Positions 1 through 10,623 of a DNA stretch of 64,000 nucleotides are shown in pieces (position 1 is the first letter of the stretch; the number at the start of each line of letters is the position of its first letter). The notes beneath the pieces were generated by a model, which did not search any database, was not told where the DNA came from, and saw only the letters and a list, made by a program, of their open reading frames with translations. The stretch spans positions 128,001 through 192,000 of the forward strand of contig JBFGJG010000003.1 of the NCBI GenBank assembly GCA_041577295.1, written 5' to 3'. The translations under genes and the position numbers were made by a program. The DNA comes from Gemmatimonadales bacterium. GTDB taxonomy: Bacteria > Gemmatimonadota > Gemmatimonadetes > Gemmatimonadales > GWC2-71-9.

Positions 1-1
1 C

Positions 2-739
2 GGGTACACGGTCGCCGCCGACGGGTCAGAGAAGTCGCTGCCGCATCTCGAAGTCTATGATCCGGATCGAGACCGGTGGAGCCGTGGCGCTCCTATGCCT
101 ATTCCCGTGGATGACGCCGTGTCGGGGGTGTGGCGGGACTCCCTCATCTTTCTGGTGTCCGGCTGGCATGACCGAGATAACGTAGCCAACGTGCAGATCT
201 ACGATCCGTGGACTGATTCGTGGCAACACGCCACTCCCATCCCCGGCCCCCCCGTCTTTGGTCACAGCGGTGCGCTCGCCGAGAACAGCATCGTGTATGT
301 CGATGGCGTCCGCACGAACGTTGGGAGTCCGCGATTCGGTATCGAAAGCTCCTCGTGGATAGGGGAGATCGATCCCACGGCTCCGAGCCATATTACGTGG
401 AAAAGACTCCCCCAACACCCCGGGCCACCACTCTACCGCGCCGCGGCGGGGGCGCTCGGTCACCGCATCGTGATCGCGGGGGGCACCGACAATCCGTACA
501 ACTACGACGGAGTTGGGTACGACGGAAATCCCGCAGAGCCGCTTGATGCCGTCTTCGCGTACGACCTCACGTTGCGAGGTTGGGTTTCGCTACCACCCCT
601 CTCCGTGCCCACCATGGATCATCGAGGCCTGGTCGTGATCGACGGCCGGCTCCTGATCGCCGGCGGCATGGTGGCAGGTCAGCAGGTGACGGACCGCGTC
701 GTGGCAGGTGCCGCTACAGCGCTTTCACCTCGTCGATGA
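2..739 (+). CDS. Kelch-repeat beta-propeller protein (5'-partial)
   Basis: Frame is open from position 2 (GYTV...LEVYDPDRDRWSRGAPMP); repeated Kelch-type units VSGW..VQIYDPWTDSW, IAGG..FAYDL..W, IAGG. Confidence 0.8.
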   Translation, partial: GYTVAADGSEKSLPHLEVYDPDRDRWSRGAPMPIPVDDAVSGVWRDSLIFLVSGWHDRDNVANVQIYDPWTDSWQHATPIPGPPVFGHSGALAENSIVYVDGVRTNVGSPRFGIESSSWIGEIDPTAPSHITWKRLPQHPGPPLYRAAAGALGHRIVIAGGTDNPYNYDGVGYDGNPAEPLDAVFAYDLTLRGWVSLPPLSVPTMDHRGLVVIDGRLLIAGGMVAGQQVTDRVVAGAATALSPRR

Positions 740-2099
740 GCTGTTTCACTGAGCTCTTGGCATCGCCGAACAGCATCGACGTCTTCCGGTCGTAAAACAG
801 GGGGTTTTCGATTCCGGCGAACCCCGGTCGCATGCTCCGCTTCAGAACGATCACGTTCTCCGATTTGTCAACATCCAGAATCGGCATGCCCGCCAACTCA
901 CTCGCCGCCTCCCGCGCGGAGGGGTTCACCACGTCGTTTGCGCCGATCACGAGCGACACATCCGTCCGGGGAAACTCCGGGTTGATGTCGTCCATATCGA
1001 ACAGCCGATCGTAGGGTACATCCGCTTCGGCCAAGAGCACGTTCATGTGTCCCGGCATCCGTCCCGCAACGGGATGAATGGCGTATTTGACCTCGACACC
1101 GCGCGCACCGAGGAGATCGGCGAGCTCGCGCACCTCATGTTGTGCCTGCGCTACCGCTAAGCCATACCCCGGGACCACTACCACCTGCCGGGCGTAGGCC
1201 ATCATCATGGCACCGTCCTCCGCGGTGATCTCGCGGACCGACCGCCCATCGGCCCCGGCTGGTCCGATCGCGGCTTGGGCGGTCCCTCCAAACGCACCAA
1301 ACAGGACATTGGTTAGCGATCGGTTCATCGCTTTGCACATGATGTTCGTGAGGATGAGACCGGAAGCGCCCACCAGCGCCCCGCTGATGATCAGTCCCTC
1401 GTTGCTGATCACGAAGCCGGTCACGGCAGCGGCGATGCCGGAGTACGAGTTCAGCAGGGAGATCACCACGGGCATGTCCGCGCCACCAATGGGCACCACT
1501 GAAAGGATGCCGAGCAGGAGCGCCGCAGCGACGAGAATGGCCAGCGCAACCGTATCCGAGGGATTCATGACGACCCGCACTCCCACGGTCAAGATCCCCG
1601 CGAACAACAATGCGTTGAGGGTCTTCTGAAGGGGGTACGTCACTGCCCGTCCCGTGACGAGCTCTTGCAGCTTTCCGAAGGCGATCAAACTTCCTGAAAA
1701 CGTGACCGACCCGATCAGGACGCCAATGGGAATGGTGATGGCCACATTCAGCGGGATCGCTGCCCCGGCCGAGAGCGTGCGTAGCAGCTCAGCGCTCGCG
1801 ACGAGAGCCGACGCCCCACCGCCAAACCCGTTCAACAAGGCAACCATCTGCGGCATGGCCGTCATCTCGACGAACCGTGCGAACACGCCGCCGATCGCGG
1901 AGCCGATGACCACGCCGATGATAATCATCTCCCATGAGAGAATCCCCTCGAACACGAGGGTCGTGACGATGGCGATCAGCATACCGAGCGAGGCCATGGC
2001 GTTTCCTGATCGCGCGGTGGCCGGTGAGCTCAGCCGCTTCAACCCAAGGATGAAGAGAACGGCGGCCAGCAAGTAGACGAGCTTCGCCAATGCGGCCAT
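714..2099 (-). CDS. pntB: NAD(P)+ transhydrogenase subunit beta
   Basis: MTAMPQMVALLNGFGG, IGGADMPVVISLLNSYSG, PGYGLAVAQAQ, HPVAGRMPGHMNVLLAEA, GANDVVNP. Confidence 0.98.
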   Translation of the reverse strand: MAALAKLVYLLAAVLFILGLKRLSSPATARSGNAMASLGMLIAIVTTLVFEGILSWEMIIIGVVIGSAIGGVFARFVEMTAMPQMVALLNGFGGGASALVASAELLRTLSAGAAIPLNVAITIPIGVLIGSVTFSGSLIAFGKLQELVTGRAVTYPLQKTLNALLFAGILTVGVRVVMNPSDTVALAILVAAALLLGILSVVPIGGADMPVVISLLNSYSGIAAAVTGFVISNEGLIISGALVGASGLILTNIMCKAMNRSLTNVLFGAFGGTAQAAIGPAGADGRSVREITAEDGAMMMAYARQVVVVPGYGLAVAQAQHEVRELADLLGARGVEVKYAIHPVAGRMPGHMNVLLAEADVPYDRLFDMDDINPEFPRTDVSLVIGANDVVNPSAREAASELAGMPILDVDKSENVIVLKRSMRPGFAGIENPLFYDRKTSMLFGDAKSSVKQLIDEVKAL

Positions 2100-2395
2100 T
2101 ACTCGTTCTCCCTGGGCTTACGCCGAAACATCTGTAGCATCCGGTCCGTAACCATGAACCCGCCAACTACGTTGATCATCGCGAAGATCACCGCGATCAG
2201 CCCGAGGATCGACGCGACCCCACGTTGTCCCTGTCCCGCGACCACCAGCGCACCGATGATGGTGATCCCCGAGATCGCGTTCGACCCGGACATGAGCGGT
2301 GTATGCAGCGTCGGTGGAACCTTGGTGATGACTTCGAATCCCACGAACATCGCCAGGACAAAGATGACGAGCAGACCCACCAGCTCTTCGATCAT
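2099..2395 (-). CDS. pntAb: NAD(P)+ transhydrogenase subunit alpha, membrane part (alpha2)
   Basis: KVPPTLHTPLMSGSNAISGI, NVVGGFMVTDRML; ATG at 2395 overlaps the upstream stop (ATGA). Confidence 0.95.
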   Translation of the reverse strand: MIEELVGLLVIFVLAMFVGFEVITKVPPTLHTPLMSGSNAISGITIIGALVVAGQGQRGVASILGLIAVIFAMINVVGGFMVTDRMLQMFRRKPRENE

Positions 2396-3546
2396 CCGCT
2401 GCTCCTTCCTTGGTGTGCTCGCTGCGTCGCTTCGTGAACGATGCGGCCGTCGTGTGTGATACAAGTCCCCCGGACGATCTCGTCCTCGAAGTTCAGGTTC
2501 AGCTTGCCGTCTTTGATCAGATGATTGAGAAACGATAGTACATTGCGCGAGAACATCTGGCTCGCGTGTGTGGGAAGCGACGAGGGGAGGTTGATCGGGG
2601 CCAACACGGTCACACCATGGCGGCTCACGTCCCTGCCGGGCTGCGTGACCTCACAATTCCCACCAGCTTCGGCTGCCAGGTCCACAATCACCGCACCGGG
2701 CTTCATGTCCCGCAGCATCTCCTCGGTAATGAGCTGCGGGGCCGGCTTACCCGGGATGAGGGCCGTGGTGATGACCACGTCGACATTCCGCACGTGCTGA
2801 TGAATGAGCTCGAGCTCCCGTCGGTGCTGCTCTTTTGAGAGCTCCTTCGCGTATCCACCGCTGGTCTCGGCATCGACGGCGACGGCGTCCGGTGCGACGA
2901 ACTTCGCGCCGAGGCTCTCGACTTGTTCTTTCACGGCCGGTCGGACATCGAAGGCCTCCACGATCGCCCCCAAGCGGCGCGCCGTCGCGATGGCCTGCAG
3001 TCCCGCGACACCGGCACCGAGCACGAGGACGCGCGCCGGTGGAACGGTGCCCGCGGCGGTGGTCAACATGGGGAAGAAGCGCCCCATCGCGGCCGCGGCG
3101 AGCAACACCGCCTTGTAACCCGCGACCGTGCTCATCGAGGAAAGCACGTCCATCGACTGCGCTCGTGTAATGCGCGGGAGTGCGTCGAGGCTGAACGCCG
3201 TGACTTTGCGGCGAGCCAGCTCCTCCACCAGCTCGGCGTTGACAAGCGGCTGCAGAGGCGCCACCAAAGTCACTTGCTCACGCAGGAGGCTCAGCTCGTC
3301 GCGGCCCTCCGTTCTGCGCGGGCGCTGAATCTTCACGACGACGTCGGCACTGCCCCACACGGCACTGCTGTCGGCCATGGTGGCGCCGGCGGCGGCGTAC
3401 TCTTCGTCCGCGAAGGCAGCCGCCACACCCGCACTCCGCTCGACGTGCACGTCGAGTCCTGTCGCGACCAGCCGCTTTACGACGTCCGGGACGATCGCTA
3501 CCCTGCGTTCGCCAGGCACACTCTCCTTTGGCACGGCTACAATCAC
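2392..3546 (-). CDS. pntAa: NAD(P)+ transhydrogenase subunit alpha, soluble NAD(H)-binding part (alpha1)
   Basis: VPKES..GERRVA, PRITRAQSMDVLSS, GAGVAGL, ITTALIPGKPAP, VDLAAEAGGNC. Confidence 0.97.
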   Translation of the reverse strand: MIVAVPKESVPGERRVAIVPDVVKRLVATGLDVHVERSAGVAAAFADEEYAAAGATMADSSAVWGSADVVVKIQRPRRTEGRDELSLLREQVTLVAPLQPLVNAELVEELARRKVTAFSLDALPRITRAQSMDVLSSMSTVAGYKAVLLAAAAMGRFFPMLTTAAGTVPPARVLVLGAGVAGLQAIATARRLGAIVEAFDVRPAVKEQVESLGAKFVAPDAVAVDAETSGGYAKELSKEQHRRELELIHQHVRNVDVVITTALIPGKPAPQLITEEMLRDMKPGAVIVDLAAEAGGNCEVTQPGRDVSRHGVTVLAPINLPSSLPTHASQMFSRNVLSFLNHLIKDGKLNLNFEDEIVRGTCITHDGRIVHEATQRAHQGRSSG

Positions 3547-3603
3547 TCGACTCTCCTTGGAAGAAGTCTTGGCGCCGCCACCATCCGGCTCGTGTTTGCC
3601 CGC

Positions 3604-4725
3604 TCAGTTATCCAGCAAGGCGACGAGCTCGGGTGGCGCGTGCGGACCGAAGATCTGTTCGCGTGGCACAGTGAACACGCGGACGGGAGGACCGTCCGGA
3701 CCGGTCCGTCCGTCCCGTCCCGCCGCTCCGTCCGGGCCCCGCGGACCCGCCTCACCGGCAACGCATCGGCGATCATCACCCTGCGCCGTCCCACCCGCAC
3801 CGCCAGGTCCACCCTTCCCAGCTTTGCCACCGGGTCCACCGGCGCCACCGGGCGTGCGTACGTCGACCAACCCGGCCAGCAGCGAGTTCTCCGTGGGCAC
3901 CACCACCGTCACCTCCCCACCGCTGCCACCGGGACCGCCAGGACCTCCGTTGCCCCCGGCGCCTCCAGCTCCACCCTTTCCGCCGGGGCATCCATCCGCA
4001 CCCGCCGCGCCAGCGGCGCCATCTGTGCCCGCCACCCCCCGACCACCCGGTCCGCCACGCGATTCGATGACCAACCAGTCGCGCGGCGGAATGACGTCGG
4101 CGTCCGAAAGCACGTACACGGGCGGCGCTGCGTTCACGGAGACTTCAGCCACGAGCAACCTCGACACGAACGGCGATTCCACGATGTCGAGCCGAACAAC
4201 TACATCCGGCCCGCGTCCACCGGCCTCTCCACCTGCATCCCCGGGTTGACCTTCATACGCAAACACGTGCGGGCTGCAGGAGTATTCGGGCTCGACAACC
4301 GTGAAGGCGTTCACCGACGGTTTGTCACGCAAGAACGTGCTCAGTCGAAATCCGTTTGTGGCGCTCAGCAACGGATCTGGATGCGTGTCCCAATGCCCAC
4401 CAGCCCGTGGCGCTGCTTCACCGCTGGCAAAACGCAGAAAGACGACGTGAAGCGGTGGCGGGTTCTTGTCGTCGTAGCTCGTGGCGAACGGCATGACGCT
4501 GCCGTCGTCAAGCACGGCCTCGTAGGTGGCGTGGATGCGTTGACCCGGACAGACCCGCTCCGGCCACGTCTGCACACGGAGCGCCGTGATCCGTCCGAGC
4601 AGCAACGGATCGGGTGCGAAGTCGGCGGGCGGTTTCTTCGGGCCACATCCGGCGAGTAACGCCGCCAGCACGAGCACACCACCTCGAACTTGCGGAAGCC
4701 TCGTTGATCGTGATCCGTTTTGCAT
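3604..4725 (-). CDS. Predicted lipoprotein with C-terminal collagen-like/Gly-rich (G-X-X) repeats
   Basis: Hydrophobic stretch plus lipobox LLAG-C; two G-X-X tracts in the C-terminal half; start codon uncertain (4725 or 4737). Confidence 0.7.
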   Translation of the reverse strand: MQNGSRSTRLPQVRGGVLVLAALLAGCGPKKPPADFAPDPLLLGRITALRVQTWPERVCPGQRIHATYEAVLDDGSVMPFATSYDDKNPPPLHVVFLRFASGEAAPRAGGHWDTHPDPLLSATNGFRLSTFLRDKPSVNAFTVVEPEYSCSPHVFAYEGQPGDAGGEAGGRGPDVVVRLDIVESPFVSRLLVAEVSVNAAPPVYVLSDADVIPPRDWLVIESRGGPGGRGVAGTDGAAGAAGADGCPGGKGGAGGAGGNGGPGGPGGSGGEVTVVVPTENSLLAGLVDVRTPGGAGGPGGKAGKGGPGGAGGTAQGDDRRCVAGEAGPRGPDGAAGRDGRTGPDGPPVRVFTVPREQIFGPHAPPELVALLDN

Positions 4726-4765
4726 GCCTCTGAGCACGTCGCGACCCCCTACTCCAGGCTGAGGC

Positions 4766-4800
4766 TATCCCTCTATCCCCTCTGTCCCCTCTATCCCCTA
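4766..4800. repeat. Short tandem repeat (CTCTATCCC-like, ~4 degenerate units) just downstream of the moaA stop
   Basis: ctatccct ctatcccct ctgtcccct ctatcccct a. Confidence 0.75.
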
Positions 4801-4801
4801 G

Positions 4802-5854
4802 TCATCCTCCTCTGGTATGCATCTCCCGATGCGGGTCGCGTCGCAGCGCTTCTAGCTGATACAGTGGACGGCGTCCCGGGGCCGCCAGGCGCTCTTCCGC
4901 ACCTCGATCAGTCCGGAGCTGCCACCGGTCCTTAATGAGTCCCGCGAGCTCCACATCGGTCGCGCCTCCTCGCAGTGGCGCGCGGAGATCGAGGCCCGTA
5001 TCCGCATAGAGGCACAGCAACCACGTCCCATCCGCCGTGAGCCGACTGCGATCACAGGTTCGGCAGAACGGCGCGGTGGTCGAGGCGATGATCCCGAAGA
5101 CCGTGCCATCGGCGAGCGCAAATCGATCTGCCGGGGCACGTTGGCTCGCGGCTGTGGCGTCTTCAATTGGCTGTACGTTACCGTAGCGGCGGCGGATCGT
5201 GTCCAGCATCTGCCGCTTCGTCACGACGTCGTCCATGCTCCAGCGTGTTGCTCCGCCAACGTCCATGTATTCGATGAACCGCACCTCTACGTCGTGCGAC
5301 CGTCCAAATTCGATGAGATCAATCAGTTCGTCGTCGTTGAACCCTCTTACCACCACCGTATTGATCTTCGTGCCCTGAAACCCGGCCTTTGTCGCGGCGG
5401 CCAAGCCGGTCAGAACATCCGCATGGCGCGGGCTCCGCGTAAGCGCCTTGAAGCGTTCGGCGCGAAGGGTATCGAGGCTCAGCGTGATGCGGTGGAGCCC
5501 TGCCTCCCGCAGGGCGGTGGCAAACGTGGCAAGCAGCAAACCGTTGGTCGTGAGCGCAAGGTCTTCGATGTGGGATTCGCTGGCTAACCGCGAGACCAAT
5601 GCGGCGAGATCGTGGCGAAGTAACGGCTCACCACCAGTGATCCGAACTTTGTGGGCGCCCAGACCAGCGAACACGCCGGCAAGGCGCTGGATCTCCTCGA
5701 ACGAGAGAATCGAATCCTTGGGAAGCCAGACATAGTCGTCCTCCGGCATGCAGTAGGTGCACCGGAGGTTACACCGATCCGTTACGGAAATCCGCAAACT
5801 CCCAAGGGGTCTTTGTAACGAATCGCGGATCGGGTCCAACGCGACGTCCTTCAT
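4802..5854 (-). CDS. moaA: GTP 3',8-cyclase (molybdenum cofactor biosynthesis protein A)
   Basis: LRISVTDRCNLRCTYCMP radical-SAM motif, RITGGEPLLR, RFIEYM, FCRTCDRSRLTADG, C-terminal GG. Confidence 0.97.
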   Translation of the reverse strand: MKDVALDPIRDSLQRPLGSLRISVTDRCNLRCTYCMPEDDYVWLPKDSILSFEEIQRLAGVFAGLGAHKVRITGGEPLLRHDLAALVSRLASESHIEDLALTTNGLLLATFATALREAGLHRITLSLDTLRAERFKALTRSPRHADVLTGLAAATKAGFQGTKINTVVVRGFNDDELIDLIEFGRSHDVEVRFIEYMDVGGATRWSMDDVVTKRQMLDTIRRRYGNVQPIEDATAASQRAPADRFALADGTVFGIIASTTAPFCRTCDRSRLTADGTWLLCLYADTGLDLRAPLRGGATDVELAGLIKDRWQLRTDRGAEERLAAPGRRPLYQLEALRRDPHREMHTRGG

Positions 5855-6016
5855 GATTGAAAAGGGCTGACGCTCGTGCAGGCCAGTACGTGGGAGGCCC
5901 CGCCCGAGGTAACCATAATCAGGCTGTCCTCTTACCCACAAGCGGTCGTTTTCGTTTGCTTGCGAGCAACGGGCGAGCCGGTATCTTATCGCGGTCCACC
6001 AGCCAACTCGCTCGGA

Positions 6017-6478
6017 ATGTCGATCGTTACACTACGGATCAACGGCGTCGAACGTTCGGACGACGTCGAGCCCCGAATGCTGCTCGTGCAGTACCTGCGC
6101 GAAGTGGCCGGACTCACCGGTACGCACGTTGGGTGCGAAACGAGCATTTGCGGCGCGTGCACCATATTGGTCGACGGACGCGCCGTGAAATCCTGTACTC
6201 AGTTTGCGGTCCAGGTGAATGGCAGGAGCGTGACGACAATTGAAGGGCTCGCAGCCGACGGCGAGCTCGATCCTCTGCAAGAGGCCTTTTGGAACGAGCA
6301 CGGTCTCCAATGCGGATTCTGCACGCCGGGGATGATCCTCACGGCGCACCAACTTCTCGAGACGCATGCCGATCCGGACGAAACCACCATCCGGCATGCG
6401 ATCGACGGCAACCTCTGCCGCTGCACCGGCTACCACAACATCGTTCGTGCCATCCAGACCGCTGCAGCACAGCGCTGA
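6017..6478 (+). CDS. Molybdenum hydroxylase small (2x[2Fe-2S]) subunit, CoxS/CutS-like (set 1)
   Basis: [35 protein letters not shown]. Confidence 0.93.
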   Translation: MSIVTLRINGVERSDDVEPRMLLVQYLREVAGLTGTHVGCETSICGACTILVDGRAVKSCTQFAVQVNGRSVTTIEGLAADGELDPLQEAFWNEHGLQCGFCTPGMILTAHQLLETHADPDETTIRHAIDGNLCRCTGYHNIVRAIQTAAAQR

Positions 6479-8828
6479 CGAGCGCGATGTCCGCGGTTCC
6501 GTCACCGCGCCCAAGTTCGTAGGGGCGAGGGTTCGCCGTAAGGAAGATCCGCGGCTCATAACGGGTCACGCGACCTTCGCCGCTGACGTCCGACCACCGG
6601 GACTGGCCCATGCAAAGATCCTGCGCAGCATTCAAGCGCACGCTCGCATCGACCGCATCGATACCGCCCAAGCCAAGAGAATGCCGGGCGTCCTCAGCGT
6701 CATGACCGGCGAGGACCTCGGCGAGCGCCTCGGCCCACTGCCCATACGCCATGACATCGAGGGGTTGCAGTCGCCGCCCCGCTACGTCTTGGCTCGGGAC
6801 GTGACACGACATGTGGGTGACGCGTTGGCTGTGGTAGTGGCGGAGACGGAAGCGCAGGCCACCGATGCCCTGGACACGATCACGGTGTCGTACGATCCCC
6901 TTCCCGCTGTCACCGATCTGGTAACCGCTGCCGATCCCAGTGCGCCCCGCGTTCATGCCCACCTTGCGACCAACGTGTCGTTTTCGAAGACGACGCGGGC
7001 CGGCGACCCCGACCGTGAGTTCAAGAACGCGGCGGTAGTTCGATCCCAACGGCTGGTGAGCCAGCGTCTCGTCCCCACGGCGATCGAGCCGCGGTGCGTC
7101 GTGGCAGAATACGATCGCGGCTACGAGAAGTTGACTGTTACGACTAGCACCCAGGTGCCACACCTCGTGCGCGCGCTGCTCGGACACATCTTGCAGCTGC
7201 CCGAGCATCGCGTCCGTGTCGTGGCGCCCGAAGTGGGCGGCGGGTTTGGCGCAAAACTCAACTTCTATCCGGAGGAGCCCCTCCTCGCGTACTTGTCCCG
7301 CGAGCTAGCGCGTCCCGTGAAGTGGACGGAGACGCGGACTGAGGCGTTCGTCGCCACGACGCACGGCCGGGATTCCATCTGCGACCTCGAGGTCGCAGCG
7401 GATGCCACGGGCAGGCTGCTTGCCATCCGCGCCACGCTCTATCAGGACCTCGGTGCCTACCTCCAGCTCTCGTCACCCCACATCGTGTCGGGTACGGCAG
7501 CGATGATCACGGGATGCTACGCCGTCGAGCACCTGGATGTGACCCTGAAGGGCGTCTTCACGAACAAGACCACCACCGACGCCTACCGAGGCGCGGGACG
7601 TCCTGAAGCGACGTACATCATCGAACGGGCGATGGACCTCATCGCGCACGCCGTCGAGGCCGATCCCGTAGAGGTCCGCCGACGCAACTTCGTCCCGGTC
7701 TCTTCGTTCCCGCATACTACCGCCACTGGGTTGCAGTACGACTCAGGGGACTACGCGGGAGCACTCGACAAGCTCCTCGTCAACGCCGATTACCAAAAGC
7801 TCCGCTCGCAGCAGACAGAGGCACGTCAGTCGGGACGGCTGTTTGGGATTGGACTCGCATGCTACGTCGAGATGTGTGGCTTCGGCCCGTCCGCGATGAT
7901 GGCGGCGGGCGGATGGGAATCGTGTGAAGTCGAGGTGCGTCGCACGGGGAAGGTCATCGTCAGGACTGGCTTGAAGCCCACTGGACAAGGCGAGGAAACG
8001 GCATTCGCGCAAATGGTGGCCGACGGCCTTGGCGTGGACCTGGACGACGTGGACGTGGTGCACGGTGACACGGACATCGTTGGCGAGGGAGTCGGCACCT
8101 TTGGATCGCGCGGGATGGTCGTTGGCGGGTCCGCGCTCGCGCGGTGCGTGGATATCATTCGCGAGAAGGCGTGCCGAATAGCGGGCCACCTGCTTGAAGC
8201 GAGCGCGAGCGACATCGTCTTTGCCGAGGGACGCCTCTATCCGCGTGGCGCTCCCGCGCTCGCCCGACCGTTCCAAGAGATTGCGGAGGCCGCGCTCGTG
8301 GCTTCACAGCTTCCTGCCTCGATTGAGCCCGGCCTCTTTGCGGTCCACTACTACGAGCCCACGGGTCTCACGTTCCCATTCGGCGCGCATCTCGCAGTCG
8401 TTGAGGTCGACGAGGACACCGGAGCGGTCACACTCCGGCGGTACGTTGCCGTTGACGACTGCGGCACGATGATCAATCCGATGCTTGTCGAAGGTCAGGT
8501 GCATGGGGGCATCGCACAAGGAGTGGGGCAAGCGCTGTTCGAGCACGGCGTGTACGACGAGAATGGTCAACTAGTCACCGGATCTTTGATGGACTACGCG
8601 GTGCCGCGCGCGCGTGCCTTTCCGCGCTTCGAATTGGACCACACGGTCACACCGACCCCTGTCAATCCGCTTGGCGCGAAGGGCGTCGGCGAGGCCGGGA
8701 CCATCGGTAGTACTCCCGCCGTCGTTAATGCGGTAATGGATGCGCTGCGCCCTCGCGGAATCGAGCATCTCGACATGCCGTTGACTCCCGAGCGCGTATG
8801 GCGCGCGCTCCATCCTGTGACGCCATGA
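6447..8828 (+). CDS. Molybdenum hydroxylase large subunit, form II CoxL/CutL-like (set 1); start uncertain
   Basis: [27 protein letters not shown] loop (7581-7601), [17 protein letters not shown]. Confidence 0.92.
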   Translation: MPSRPLQHSADERDVRGSVTAPKFVGARVRRKEDPRLITGHATFAADVRPPGLAHAKILRSIQAHARIDRIDTAQAKRMPGVLSVMTGEDLGERLGPLPIRHDIEGLQSPPRYVLARDVTRHVGDALAVVVAETEAQATDALDTITVSYDPLPAVTDLVTAADPSAPRVHAHLATNVSFSKTTRAGDPDREFKNAAVVRSQRLVSQRLVPTAIEPRCVVAEYDRGYEKLTVTTSTQVPHLVRALLGHILQLPEHRVRVVAPEVGGGFGAKLNFYPEEPLLAYLSRELARPVKWTETRTEAFVATTHGRDSICDLEVAADATGRLLAIRATLYQDLGAYLQLSSPHIVSGTAAMITGCYAVEHLDVTLKGVFTNKTTTDAYRGAGRPEATYIIERAMDLIAHAVEADPVEVRRRNFVPVSSFPHTTATGLQYDSGDYAGALDKLLVNADYQKLRSQQTEARQSGRLFGIGLACYVEMCGFGPSAMMAAGGWESCEVEVRRTGKVIVRTGLKPTGQGEETAFAQMVADGLGVDLDDVDVVHGDTDIVGEGVGTFGSRGMVVGGSALARCVDIIREKACRIAGHLLEASASDIVFAEGRLYPRGAPALARPFQEIAEAALVASQLPASIEPGLFAVHYYEPTGLTFPFGAHLAVVEVDEDTGAVTLRRYVAVDDCGTMINPMLVEGQVHGGIAQGVGQALFEHGVYDENGQLVTGSLMDYAVPRARAFPRFELDHTVTPTPVNPLGAKGVGEAGTIGSTPAVVNAVMDALRPRGIEHLDMPLTPERVWRALHPVTP

Positions 8829-9694
8829 TTCCGGCCGCGTTCGACTACCATCGGGCCAGCTCGCTCGAGGGCGCCGCCAAGTTATTGGCGCAGCACGCCG
8901 GAGATGCCAAGCTGTTGGCAGGCGGGCACAGCCTCATCCCGATGATGAAGCTCCGTCTCGCGCAGCCGGGCGTGGTCGTTGATATCGGAGGTCTCGTTGA
9001 ACTCAGCTACATCAAGCGCCACCGCAAGCATATCGCGCTCGGCGCGCTCACGACGCACGCCTCGCTAGCTGCGTCGACTGAGCTTGGCAAGTCACACCGC
9101 GCGCTGGTCGAGGCTGCTGGTGCAATCGGTGACGTGCAGGTTCGCAACTGCGGGACCATCGGAGGCAGTCTTGCCCACGCCGATCCGGCTGCGGACTACC
9201 CAGCAGTGGTGATCGCGTTTGAGGGAGAGGTGGTCGTGAAGGGTGCCACCGGGGCGCGAACGATTCCCGCATTCAAGTTTTTCACCGGGCCGCTCTCAAC
9301 AGCGCTGGCACCAGACGAGATCGTCACCGAGGTGCGCTTGCCGACCTTCGCCGACTCAGGAAGCGCCTATGAGAAATTCGCGCAGCCAGCATCCGGATTT
9401 GCGGTGGCAGGCGTGTGCGCGGTTGTTCAGTTGGACAAAGCAGGCTCATGCCGCCAAGTGCGCTTCGCTGCGACAGGCGTCACCGACCGTCCGACCCGGC
9501 TTGCAGCAGTCGAGACGGCGCTGAAAGGTGCTCCGTGGAACGTCCATACCGTCCGTGCCGCCTGCGAGCGCGCCGACAGCGATATCAAGCATGTTTTGGA
9601 GGATGCGTACGCTAGCGCAGACTACCGACGCCATCTTCTGCGCGTCGTGGCGCGCCGAGCCGCCGAGCGCGCGATGCCGCTGTCACAATCCTAA
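8825..9694 (+). CDS. Molybdenum hydroxylase medium (FAD) subunit, CoxM/CutM-like (set 1)
   Basis: [51 protein letters not shown] overlap with the large subunit. Confidence 0.93.
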   Translation: MIPAAFDYHRASSLEGAAKLLAQHAGDAKLLAGGHSLIPMMKLRLAQPGVVVDIGGLVELSYIKRHRKHIALGALTTHASLAASTELGKSHRALVEAAGAIGDVQVRNCGTIGGSLAHADPAADYPAVVIAFEGEVVVKGATGARTIPAFKFFTGPLSTALAPDEIVTEVRLPTFADSGSAYEKFAQPASGFAVAGVCAVVQLDKAGSCRQVRFAATGVTDRPTRLAAVETALKGAPWNVHTVRAACERADSDIKHVLEDAYASADYRRHLLRVVARRAAERAMPLSQS

Positions 9695-9768
9695 CGCTTC
9701 GGGGCGCTGCCTCTCTGATTTGGTCCTGGAGTTGCCAGAGAGCACACACCGGGTGACGTGACGATATG

Positions 9769-10623
9769 TCAGCGGGCGAGCGCCTCCTCCACCGCGCGTC
9801 GAGTCAGGACCTGCGCGAGATGGCGCCGGTAGTCGGCGCTTGCATTGAGGTCCGACGACGGGCTGCCCGCCTCGCTTGCCCCAGCGGCTGCCTCCGCGAC
9901 CGCCGAGCCTGCAGCGCCCGCCAGTGCCTGCTCGACGGCGGTCGCCCTGACTGGTGTGGTACCCATGTTGGTCAGCCCGATGGCCGCGTGCGCGATCGAA
10001 CCGTTCTTGCGCTCCACGACCGCGGCGACACCGACGATGGCCCAGTCTTGGGCGCGGCGGTTGAACTTCACGTATGACCACCCGTGCTTCTTGGCGCTGA
10101 GCTTAGGCACTCGAATCTCCACCAGCAGCTCTGTTGGCGTGACGGCCGTCTCGAACAGCCCGGTGAAGAACTCCGCCGCCGGCACGGTGCGGTCTTTCTT
10201 GCCGGATCGAATCACGAACTCGGCATCCAGCGCCAACAACACGGTTGGCAGATCTGACGCTGGATCTCCGTGTGCGACCGCGCCGCCGATGGTACCTCGA
10301 TGCCGTACTTGTGGATCGCCCACGAGTCCCGCTGCATGAGCCAGAACCGGACAGTGCTTCTTCAGTGCAGCCGAATACTCCAGGTCGTGATGGCGCGTGA
10401 GGGCACCGATGGCAATATGGTCACCGGTGGTTTTGACGTAGGAGAGATCATTGAGGCGCCCCAGATCGATGAGCATCGTGGGACGTGCGAGCCGGAGGCG
10501 CATCATCGGGAGCAGCGACTGACCCCCGGCGATGGCCTTGGCCGCTTCCCCCCCCTTCTTGAGCAGAGCTAATGCGTGATCGACGGACGATGCGACTTCG
10601 TAGTCGAACGTTGCGGGAATCAT
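9769..10623 (-). CDS. Molybdenum hydroxylase medium (FAD) subunit, CoxM/CutM-like (set 2)
   Basis: MIPATFDY, AGGQSLLPMMRLRLA, QVRHRGTIGGAVAHGDPASD. Confidence 0.93.
   Translation of the reverse strand: MIPATFDYEVASSVDHALALLKKGGEAAKAIAGGQSLLPMMRLRLARPTMLIDLGRLNDLSYVKTTGDHIAIGALTRHHDLEYSAALKKHCPVLAHAAGLVGDPQVRHRGTIGGAVAHGDPASDLPTVLLALDAEFVIRSGKKDRTVPAAEFFTGLFETAVTPTELLVEIRVPKLSAKKHGWSYVKFNRRAQDWAIVGVAAVVERKNGSIAHAAIGLTNMGTTPVRATAVEQALAGAAGSAVAEAAAGASEAGSPSSDLNASADYRRHLAQVLTRRAVEEALAR

Noticed and set aside
2923..4659. 578-aa plus-strand ORF and Pro-rich ORF 3377-4249
   Set aside because: Antisense to pntAa and the Gly-rich lipoprotein; the Pro repeats mirror the Gly codons
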